The notes under the pieces: model-generated
Seen by the model: the letters and a program-made list of their open reading frames with translations, nothing else
What the model was told of the DNA's origin: nothing
Databases searched by the model: none
Part shown: positions 1 to 7,828 of the stretch, piece after piece
Numbering within the stretch: position 1 is the first letter of the stretch
Layout of the letters: the number at the start of each line of letters is the position of its first letter
From: an uncultured delta proteobacterium
Lineage (GTDB): Bacteria; Myxococcota; Myxococcia; SLRQ01
NCBI GenBank assembly: GCA_963727485.1
Contig: CAVSGM010000002.1
Coordinates: forward strand, 480,001-544,000
Direction: 5' to 3'
DNA: 64,000 bases
Program-made: the position numbers and the translations under genes

Positions 1-1335
1 GGCCGCCCCGACGGCGCGCTCCTCCAGGTCACCCACACCCCCACCGGCGCCTTCGAGGCCAGGCCCTCCCCGGACGGCACGAAGCTCGCCTACACCGACT
101 ACTCGAGCCGGGGCTACGACGTGGCCCTGCTCCCGGTGGCCCCGACGACCTGGACCCCGGCGCCCGCCTGGCACGACGACCGGCCGCCCCCACAGCAGCC
201 CCGCTCCGCCGAGGTGTGGCCGGTGCGCCCCTACGACCCCTGGCACACCCTGCGCCCCTTCCACTGGGAGCCGCTGCTCACCGCCGACCCCGACGGCCTG
301 GCCCTCGGCGTGTCCACCTCCGGGAGCGACATCGTCGGCTACCACTACTGGAGCGCCGCGGCCTGGTACGGCCTCGCGTCCAAGCGACCGGGCTACTACC
401 TCTCGTACACCTACGCCGGCGCCTACCCCACCCTGTCCTTGAGCTCGGGGCTCGGCTACCAGACCGGCGGCACCGCCGTGGTCAACGGCGTCAGCTCCCG
501 GTACACGGAGGTCGCCTGGTCCGGCAGCGCCCAGGCGACCTTCTACCTGCCCCACCTCGACCGCAGCCAGGCGTTGAGCCTGGGCTTCACCGTGGACAAC
601 CGGAGCCCCGCCGGGACCCTGGCCACCCCCGCCCCTGGCGGCCCGGCGCCCGTCCTCCCCGAGCGGGGCACGGTCACCCGCCTCGACGTGGGCTGGAGCG
701 GCTCCACGGTCCACCAGTTCGCCGAGTCCCTCGGGCCCCAGGAGGGCCTGCGCGTCGGCCTCCACGCCCGGGTGGCGAGCCGGGCCCTCGGGGGGAGCTT
801 CGACTTCGTGGAGGTCTTCGCCTCGGCCCAGGCCTACACGCCCCTCCCCGGCCTCGAGGGCCACGTCCTCGCCCTCAACCTCGAGGCCGGCGCCGGCATC
901 GGCGACTTCGGCGGCCGGCGCTTCTTCGCCGTCGGGGGCCTGTCCATCGACGACCCGATCCTCTCCATCTACCAGGGCACCGGCTTCGGGGGCCCCACCA
1001 TCCGCGGCTTCGCCCCCTACGCCTTCACCGGCGACGGCTACGCGGTGGCGAACCTCGAGTGGCGCTTCCCGCTGGCCGACCCCCAGCGGGGCCTCGGGAC
1101 CCTGCCCATCTTCCTCCGGCGGGTCTACGGCGCGGCCTTCGCCGACGCCGGGACCGCCGGCGACCCGCCCTTCCAGCTCACGCCCGGGGGCGTCCACGTG
1201 GGCGTGGGCGCCGAGCTGCGGGCGGAGATCTATCTCTCGTATGCGTTGAGCTTCACCCTGCGCCTCGGGTGGGCCCACGGGCTGGGGCCCGGGGGCGTGA
1301 GCCAGCCCTACCTCGGGTTCGGGGGAATCTTCTGA
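1..1335 (+). CDS. BamA/TamA (Omp85)-family outer-membrane protein with TolB/PD40-type repeat upstream; 5' partial
   Basis: Frame is open from base 1 (..EARPSPDGTKLAYTDYSSRGYDV, PD40-like). Omp85 motif IRGF...GDGYAVANLEWRFPL, AFADAG, GVGAELR and C-terminal Phe. Confidence 0.8.
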   Translation, partial: GRPDGALLQVTHTPTGAFEARPSPDGTKLAYTDYSSRGYDVALLPVAPTTWTPAPAWHDDRPPPQQPRSAEVWPVRPYDPWHTLRPFHWEPLLTADPDGLALGVSTSGSDIVGYHYWSAAAWYGLASKRPGYYLSYTYAGAYPTLSLSSGLGYQTGGTAVVNGVSSRYTEVAWSGSAQATFYLPHLDRSQALSLGFTVDNRSPAGTLATPAPGGPAPVLPERGTVTRLDVGWSGSTVHQFAESLGPQEGLRVGLHARVASRALGGSFDFVEVFASAQAYTPLPGLEGHVLALNLEAGAGIGDFGGRRFFAVGGLSIDDPILSIYQGTGFGGPTIRGFAPYAFTGDGYAVANLEWRFPLADPQRGLGTLPIFLRRVYGAAFADAGTAGDPPFQLTPGGVHVGVGAELRAEIYLSYALSFTLRLGWAHGLGPGGVSQPYLGFGGIF

Positions 1336-1339
1336 GGGG

Positions 1340-1382
1340 CGAAGGCGCCGCTGGCGTGGTCCTGCTCGGTTCGGCGCCCTCG
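1340..1382. terminator. Inverted repeat between convergent genes (possible bidirectional hairpin)
   Basis: CGAAGGCGCCG (1340-1350) and CGGCGCCCTCG (1372-1382) are near-perfect reverse complements; no U-tract. Confidence 0.3.
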
Positions 1383-1395
1383 TCGTTGGCCTGAT

Positions 1396-1834
1396 CTACT
1401 CCGCAGGAGATTCAGACCTTTCTGGCACAGGCGGTGCCTGGACAATGAGCGGCCACTCGACGTCATCCACGTGCCAAGTTTCCTCGCCCGAGACACGCCA
1501 CTCCGCATGCAACAGATACTCACCAAACGCCTTGGGCAGCCGGAAACTAGTGGTGTTCAGGCGGAACCTCGGCTTGTCCACTGTTTCGAAGCCAAACGGT
1601 TCTCCTGCATCTACGGCTCCGTCTGGAGCCACCCGAACGAGCCTCATCTCGAACTTCCGCCCCTAGAGCCTCCGAGGCCAATCGCATGTAAAAGTGCATC
1701 TGAATTGGCAACGGGCGGCCGAGAAGCTCCTCGGGTACGGTAACTGTCTCGACGAGGTTGAACAGCGACGTGTTGTTCGACCGTTGGTCAAGGGCAGAAC
1801 CCGACGCCAGGGCCAGAAGATAGCCGTGAATCAT
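1396..1834 (-). CDS. DUF6941-like beta-rich protein, third gene of the TA islet (one extra G near 1660 splits the frame)
   Basis: SD GAGGTG, ATG at 1834. Removing one G from the GGGG run gives MIHGYLLALASGSALDQRSNNTSLFNLVETV...ALGRKFEMRLVRVAPDG...FGEYLLHAEW (145 aa). The pattern resembles DUF6941 proteins (by eye). Confidence 0.6.
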
Positions 1835-1841
1835 GGACACC

Positions 1842-2464
1842 TCAGGCGACCTTCTGCACAGTGCGGGTTGACGCATCAGCGCCGGACTGGTCAGGCAATT
1901 CTTCATCCTCTTGCCCGACGCCAGCCTGCCGAGCAGAACCCTCCTAGCCTCGAACCGAACACCCCCGCCATCACCACTCGTTGTGATCGTGAAGCCGTAC
2001 CAAGCTTCGGGGTGTACGCGTCCGAAGTGGTGGGACGCCGCTCCAAGGACAGCCTCGCATGAGGCTGTATCCGAGAAACCGGCGTCCGCTACTTCAAGAA
2101 GCCACGGGAACCGGCGCACTAGCCGAACGAGTGCCAATGCACCAGCCGAGATGTCCCCAAGCTTCCACCTCGCGGTAGTTCGGGGCGCTAGGCCCAGAGA
2201 ACGCTCGAAGTAAGCTAAGGTGACACCGAACGATGACAGCTGAGCAAGCATCTCTCTGGCTGAAGCCTTGTCAGCTGCGTCGATCTCCCTCTTGACGATG
2301 GCGTCGCCCTCGCAAGCGAAATCACCCTCTTCTCCGCAGACCTGACAGGTGTTGAAGGGAACGCGGTACTCAACCGGTTCCCCGAATGGCGGTGTGTAGC
2401 GACGGGTCTCCTCGCTACGGGATAGCTCATAGGACCCACATACGGGACACTGAAGCTTACTCAT
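1842..2464 (-). CDS. MqsA-like antitoxin (Zn ribbon + XRE-type HTH) with C-terminal extension; 3' end depends on an inferred frameshift
   Basis: CPVCG...CQVCGE zinc ribbon, then HTH-like LAYFERSLGLAPRTTARWKLG and ALALVRLVRRFPWLL. ATG overlaps the toxin stop (ATGAGTAA). An alternate frame gives ...EGSARQAGVGQEDEELPDQSGADASTRTVQKVA* with TGA at 1842-1844. Confidence 0.75.
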
Positions 2465-2879
2465 CGGGCCCTCCTTTTTTCTCGTCGCTTCCCCAGCCCG
2501 CCTCCTTCAACTTCTGAGCGAGCAGGAGCCCACGATCATCAGGCTTATCGTTAAGTTTCAAGGACTTGACGATCCAGTAGCCTGTTTTCTTCTGGTGGAG
2601 GAATGCGATGTAGCCGTACTTTTCGCCGGAGTAGAAGTTGTAGGAGTCAACCTTGATGTTCGCCTTCTTGTCAGGGTTGTTCCGCCAAAGTGCAGTCGCG
2701 GCGTGCGTCGGCTTCTCAAGGCCGCCAGCTCCAATCCAACTGGTAACAGCGTCCTGGGTGTGCAGTCCGAAGTCCGACTCAGCCGTGACCATCGCGCCAC
2801 GAGTCACCCGAACGCGCTTGCCGGTGCGACAAGCAGCCTCAAAGTCGGCAAGGTTGTAGGCGGGCCGCTCCGACGGCAC
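2457..2879 (-). CDS. MqsR-like (RelE-superfamily) mRNA interferase toxin
   Basis: 140 aa. N-terminal RPAYNLADF, VRVTRGA, DSYNF..YGYIAF..WIVKSLK resemble the MqsR layout. SD GAGGT before GTG; lies directly upstream of the MqsA-like gene. Confidence 0.7.
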   Translation of the reverse strand: MPSERPAYNLADFEAACRTGKRVRVTRGAMVTAESDFGLHTQDAVTSWIGAGGLEKPTHAATALWRNNPDKKANIKVDSYNFYSGEKYGYIAFLHQKKTGYWIVKSLKLNDKPDDRGLLLAQKLKEAGWGSDEKKGGPDE

Positions 2880-2928
2880 GGTTGACCTCGACAGTGCGAT
2901 GACACATGGCTGCGCTCCCGACTTGGGT

Positions 2929-2966
2929 TATACGGAACGTATATAGTCGGCCACGCCGGAATGCAA
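2929..2966 (-). promoter_or_regulatory. Putative sigma70 promoter of the TA operon overlapped by a palindromic operator
   Basis: Minus strand TTGCAT-N17-TATACG. Perfect palindrome TATACG-GAA-CGTATA at 2929-2943 covers the -10. Confidence 0.5.
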
Positions 2967-3100
2967 CCCGCAGGGACCCCTCACCGCATCCCTCCCACGT
3001 AGGACATAGCACCTGCCTGGATGTGGGTACATGCCTTGTGCAAACGGTGGATTCGCGTCGACACACAGCCCCGTGCGGTTCGTGCTAGCGTCCCCCGGGG

Positions 3101-6001
3101 ATGGCGGCGGACGCGCGCGAAGGGCTCCTCTACGGGCTCCTGAAGGTCCGGCGGGGGGAGCTGGCCCGCACCGCGCTGCACTTCTTCTACCTGCTCAACG
3201 CCGTCGGCGCCTTCATCCTCGGGCGCAACGTCGCCGCGGCCCTCTTCCTCTCCGAATACCACGCCGATCGCCTGGCCTGGATGTACGTGGCCAGCGCCGG
3301 CGCGGTCTCCGCCGCCGCCTGGATCTACGGGCGGATCATGGGCCGCTTCCGCCTCGACCGGATCATCGCCGGGACCACCGCGGCGCTCGTGGTCGCCGTG
3401 GGCCTGGCGCGCCTCGCCATGGCCGAGCACCTCCCCTTCGTCTACCCGGCCTTCTACGTGCTGGTGGAGGTGATGGGGAGCCTGCTGGTGATCCAGTTCT
3501 GGTCGCTGGCCAACGCCATCCACAACACCCGCCAGGGCAAGCGCCTTTTCGGGGTCATCGGCGCCGGCGGGGTGCTGGCGAACGTGGTCGTCGGCTTCGG
3601 GGGCGCGGCGCTGGTGGGGGTCATCGGCACCGAGAACCTCCTCTACGTGATGATGGGCAACCTCGCGGTGTGCGTGGTCCTGGTGGGCGTCCTCGGCCGC
3701 CGGGCGCGCGGCGAGCTCGCCCGGGAGCGCCTCTCGCGGCCCGCGCCGAGGCGCCGGCGCATCTCGCTGGCCCAGGACGGCGCCCGGGTGCTCGGAAGCA
3801 AGCACCTGCGCATCATCGCCGCCATGGTGGTGCTCACCTTCGTGGTCACCACCCTGGTCGACTACCAGTTCAAGATCCTGGCGCGGCAGGCCTTCGACAA
3901 GACCCAGCTCACCGCCTTCTTCAGCCTCCTCTACGGGGTCACCGGCATCGGCTCGCTGGTCATCCAGCTCTTCGTCACCAGCCGGCTCCTGGAGCGCTTC
4001 GGGATCCTCTCCGGGCTCATCCTCCTGCCCCTCTCGCTCACCCTGGGGTCGGTGGGGATCCTGGTGTTCCCGGTGGCGCTGGCCGCCGCGGCCACCAAGG
4101 GCGCCGACGCGGTCTTCCGCTACACGGTCAACGACGCGACCACCCAGCTGCTCTACCTCCCGGTGCCCGCGCAGATCCGCTCCCGGGCCAAGGCCTTCAT
4201 CGACGGGATCCTCAAGCCCGCCGCCTACGGGACCACGGGGCTGGTGCTGGCGGGGCTGGTGGCCCTCTTCCCGGACCTCGACCGCCACGTGACCCTCCTG
4301 GCGATCCCCGCGGCCATCCTCGGCGTGGTGTGGATGGCCCTGGTCTTCGGCATCCGCGGCGCCTACGTGCGCTCGCTCCTCGACACCCTGCGCCGCCGGC
4401 GCCTGGGGATCCACGAGTCGCCGGTGCGCCTCGCCGACGAGGCCACGGTGGAGGCCCTGCGGCGCACCCTCGGCAGCGACGACCCCGACGCGGTGGCGAG
4501 CGCCCTGGAGATCCTGGAGCACCTCGAGGGGGGCGACCTCGACCCCATGGTCGTCCGGCTCCTGGGCCACGACACGCCCCGGATCCGGGTGCTGGCCCTC
4601 GAGCACCTCGCCCTGGGTGGGCGCCCGGGCCACGCCGGGCCGGTGAGCCGCTGCCTCGGTGACGAGGCGCCGGAGGTCCGGGCGGCGGCGGTGGCCTGCA
4701 CCTGCGCCCTGGGGCGGGAGAAGGCCATCCGGGCGGTACGGGGCTTCCTCGACGACCCCATCCCGGCGGTGCAGGCGGCCACCATGGAGGGGCTCATCAA
4801 GTACGGGGGCCTCGACGGGGTGCTGGCCGCCGCCGGGGCCCTCAAGGACCTCCTGGAGAGCCCGGAGCCCGAGCTGCGGATCCACGGCGCCCGGGTCCTC
4901 GGGGCCATCGGGGTGCGCAACTTCTACCACCCGATCCTCCGGCTCCTCGGTGACGGCGACCCCCAGGTGGTGCTGGCGGCCATCGAGTCCGCCGGGAGCA
5001 TGGGCAGCCCCGAGCTGGTGCCGCCGCTCATCTACAAGCTCGCCGACCCGCGCCTGGCCCCGGCGACGGTGCACGCCCTGGCGCGCTACGGCGAGGGCAT
5101 CGAGCGGACCCTGGCCAAGGTCCTGGACAACGCCGACGAGGACGCGCCGGTGCGCCGGGGGGTGCCGAGGGTCCTGGGGCGCCTGGCGACCCCGGGGGCC
5201 CTGGCGATCGCCCTGGCCCACCTCGCCGCCCCGGACGAGGGGGTGCGCACCGCCGTGTGCCGGGCCCTCTCGCGGATCCACCACACCCGCCCCGAGCTGC
5301 GCATCGACCGGGCGGCGGTGGCGGCGGCGGTGGAGAGCGAGGTCCGCGGGGGCTTCGAGGTCCTCCGGGCCCTCGAGGACCTGGGGCTCTCGTCCCGGCG
5401 CCCGGCGGGGAGCTTCGACACCGGGGCGCTCCTGGCGACGGCCCTGGAGGACCAGCTCGCCCGGGCGGTGGAGCGGGTCCTGCGCCTGGTGGCGGTCCTC
5501 CACCCGCCGGGCACCCTCGACGTGGTCCGCCACAGCCTCGAGGCCCGGGACGCCACCGTCCGCGCCAACGCCCTGGAGGTCTTGGACACCACCCTGGGCA
5601 CGCGCCTGGGGCGGCTGGTGATGCCGCTGTGCGACGAGCGGCCCCGGGCCGAGGCGTTGGCGGTGGCCCACGAGCGCTTCGGCCTCGCCCCCGCGGCCGC
5701 CGAGGACACCCTGCTCGCGCTCCTCTCCGACGCCGACGCCTGGGTCGCCGCCTGCGCCCTCTACCACCTGGCGCAGGTGGGCGACGACGCCGGCCCCCAG
5801 GCCCTGCCCCACCTCCGGTCCCGGTCCCCGGTGGTGCGGGAGACCGCGGCGCTGGTGGTCGCGGACCACCTCGACGCCGAGTCGGTGCGCCGGCACCTGG
5901 CGCCCCTGGCCGCCGACCCGAGCGAGGCGGTGCGCCGGCTGGTGGCAGCGAGGCTGGCGGCGCTCGGGCCCCGGGCCGTGGACGCCGACGGCGCGGCGTA
6001 G
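3101..6001 (+). CDS. Npt1/Npt2 (NTT/TLC)-family nucleotide transporter fused to HEAT repeats
   Basis: About 12 TM segments with QFWSLANAI..RQGKRLFGVIGAGG, TTLVDYQFK and LLYLPVP..RSRAKAFID, followed by HEAT-like repeats (D..P.VR..A). Confidence 0.85.
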   Translation: MAADAREGLLYGLLKVRRGELARTALHFFYLLNAVGAFILGRNVAAALFLSEYHADRLAWMYVASAGAVSAAAWIYGRIMGRFRLDRIIAGTTAALVVAVGLARLAMAEHLPFVYPAFYVLVEVMGSLLVIQFWSLANAIHNTRQGKRLFGVIGAGGVLANVVVGFGGAALVGVIGTENLLYVMMGNLAVCVVLVGVLGRRARGELARERLSRPAPRRRRISLAQDGARVLGSKHLRIIAAMVVLTFVVTTLVDYQFKILARQAFDKTQLTAFFSLLYGVTGIGSLVIQLFVTSRLLERFGILSGLILLPLSLTLGSVGILVFPVALAAAATKGADAVFRYTVNDATTQLLYLPVPAQIRSRAKAFIDGILKPAAYGTTGLVLAGLVALFPDLDRHVTLLAIPAAILGVVWMALVFGIRGAYVRSLLDTLRRRRLGIHESPVRLADEATVEALRRTLGSDDPDAVASALEILEHLEGGDLDPMVVRLLGHDTPRIRVLALEHLALGGRPGHAGPVSRCLGDEAPEVRAAAVACTCALGREKAIRAVRGFLDDPIPAVQAATMEGLIKYGGLDGVLAAAGALKDLLESPEPELRIHGARVLGAIGVRNFYHPILRLLGDGDPQVVLAAIESAGSMGSPELVPPLIYKLADPRLAPATVHALARYGEGIERTLAKVLDNADEDAPVRRGVPRVLGRLATPGALAIALAHLAAPDEGVRTAVCRALSRIHHTRPELRIDRAAVAAAVESEVRGGFEVLRALEDLGLSSRRPAGSFDTGALLATALEDQLARAVERVLRLVAVLHPPGTLDVVRHSLEARDATVRANALEVLDTTLGTRLGRLVMPLCDERPRAEALAVAHERFGLAPAAAEDTLLALLSDADAWVAACALYHLAQVGDDAGPQALPHLRSRSPVVRETAALVVADHLDAESVRRHLAPLAADPSEAVRRLVAARLAALGPRAVDADGAA

Positions 6002-6016
6002 GACACTCGGCCGGGC

Positions 6017-6454
6017 ATGCTCACCACCGTCGAGAAGGTCCTCTTCCTCAAGTCCATCGACCTCTTCCGCCGGATCCCCGGGGACGACCTGGCGCGCCTG
6101 TCGGCGATCACCTCCGAGGTCGCCTTCGAGAACGGCGAGCTGGTCTTCGAGGCCGGGGAACCCGGCGACGCCCTCTACCTGGTCATCGAGGGGCGGGTGC
6201 GGGTCCACCGGGGCGAGCGGCAGATCGCCGAGCTCGCCGAGCGGACCTGCTTCGGGGAGATGGCCATCCTCGACAGCGCCCCGCGCAGCGCCTCGGTGAC
6301 CTGCGCCTCGGAGGCGGTGTGCCTCAAGATCGAGCGCGAGGACTTCTACGAGATCCTCGGGGAGAAGCCGGAGATCGCCCAGGGCATCATCCGGGTGCTC
6401 TCGGCGCGGCTGCGCGACGCCCTCGACCGGGCCGACCAGGAGCCGGCGGCCTGA
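6017..6454 (+). CDS. Cyclic-nucleotide-binding domain protein (no HTH)
   Basis: MLTTVEKVLFLK..., GEPGDALYLV, FGEMAILDSAPRSASV phosphate-binding cassette. Confidence 0.9.
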   Translation: MLTTVEKVLFLKSIDLFRRIPGDDLARLSAITSEVAFENGELVFEAGEPGDALYLVIEGRVRVHRGERQIAELAERTCFGEMAILDSAPRSASVTCASEAVCLKIEREDFYEILGEKPEIAQGIIRVLSARLRDALDRADQEPAA

Positions 6455-6501
6455 GGGGCCGACCCGGACGGGCCCCGGGCCCGTCGGGTATGCTCGGGGA
6501 G

Positions 6502-7743
6502 ATGCGCCGCTCCCCCAGCGCCCGGGCCCTCGCCCCCCGGCCCGCAGGCCTCCTCGCGGCCGTCGTGGCCCTCGCCGCGGCCCTCGGGGCGGCCGGGTGC
6601 CCGGCGTCCGGGTGCCGCTACGACACCGACTGCCCCGGAGCCCAGGTGTGCACCGGCGGCACCTGCCAGGAGAGCCCGGCGGTCGCCGTCGCCGCCGGCG
6701 GGCGCTGCACCCCGGGCATCCCCTGCGCCGCCGGGGAGGTCTGCGTGTCCGGCGTGTGCCAGGCCCAGGGGAGCCAGGTCACCCAGCCCTGCACCTCGGA
6801 CCAGGACCCGAAGGCCTGCCCCTCGGGGCAGCTGTGCACCGTCTCCACCCAGGTCGCGACCTGCCAGCGGCCCCCCTGCGCGGCCCTCAACGCCTGCACC
6901 ACCCCGGCGGGCCGGGTCCCCGGGACCCACGCCTGCACCGCCGACGGGGACTGCGCCACCGGCTGGTGCCTCGACGGTGCCTGCGCCGCGGTCTGCGCCG
7001 CCGACACCGACTGCCCCGACGGCTTCGCCTGCACCGCCGAGACCGCCACGCCCCCCGGGGGCGTCGCCGCCACGGTCAGGGTGTGCACCCCCAAGAGCGG
7101 GACCCCGGTCCTCTGCGACGGGGGCCGCTTCTGCCCCGGCGGCGGCGCCTGCGCCTTCGACTGGGGGCCGCCGATCACCACCCACTGCGTGGCCACCTCG
7201 AGCCAGACCGTGCCCACCGGCGGGTCGTGCACCTACTACACGCCCTGCGCCGGGAACGTCTGCCTCTCGAACAACATCTGCGCCGCCCCCTGCCTCGACT
7301 CCCAGGACTGCCCGGTGGGGATGAGCTGCGGGACCATCAACTTCACCAACGGCAGCCAGGCCACCCCCGAGCCCGGGTGCATCGTCCCCATGAACGGCTG
7401 CCTCGACAACGCCATGTGCGCCAGCCGACCCGGGAAGACCTGCCGGCTCTCGGTGAGCATCGACAACCGGCACCTCCTCCTCGCCTGCGCCAGCACCGGC
7501 GGGGCCCCGCCCGGGGCGAGCTGCGCCACCGGGAGCGACTGCGCCTCGAACCTCTGTCTCCCAAGCGGGGTCTGCAGCCAGCCCTGCCTGAACGACGGCG
7601 ACTGCCGGTGCGCCGGCGGGGGGTCCTGCGACGGCACCTGCGCCACCAGCGCCTGCACCCTCACCGGCTGGACCTGCGGGGCGGTGGACCAGCCCGTCCC
7701 CGCCGGGGGCACCGAGAGCGTCCGGGCCTGCACCCCGCCCTGA
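6502..7743 (+). CDS. Cys-rich repeat secreted lipoprotein (myxobacterial C-x-x-D-x-D-C repeats)
   Basis: Signal peptide/lipobox (AAALGAAGC) followed by many CxxDxDC...C..G.C modules. Confidence 0.75.
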   Translation: MRRSPSARALAPRPAGLLAAVVALAAALGAAGCPASGCRYDTDCPGAQVCTGGTCQESPAVAVAAGGRCTPGIPCAAGEVCVSGVCQAQGSQVTQPCTSDQDPKACPSGQLCTVSTQVATCQRPPCAALNACTTPAGRVPGTHACTADGDCATGWCLDGACAAVCAADTDCPDGFACTAETATPPGGVAATVRVCTPKSGTPVLCDGGRFCPGGGACAFDWGPPITTHCVATSSQTVPTGGSCTYYTPCAGNVCLSNNICAAPCLDSQDCPVGMSCGTINFTNGSQATPEPGCIVPMNGCLDNAMCASRPGKTCRLSVSIDNRHLLLACASTGGAPPGASCATGSDCASNLCLPSGVCSQPCLNDGDCRCAGGGSCDGTCATSACTLTGWTCGAVDQPVPAGGTESVRACTPP

Positions 7744-7828
7744 TCCGGGGCCGCCGGGCCCCCGGGGCGGGCCACCTCCCGAGGTCGCCCGCTTGCGGCG
7801 CCGCTTGCCATCCGGGAGAATGGGGGCG

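Noticed and set aside
1340..1395. Integron attC site flanking the TA islet
   Set aside because: An inverted repeat is present, but no proper RYYYAAC/GTTRRRY core pair or integrase was found.
1547..2464. 305-aa ORF taken at face value as one protein
   Set aside because: Its last ~37 aa are out-of-frame gene-3 sequence, and the internal SD-ATG at 1834 suggests two genes with indels.
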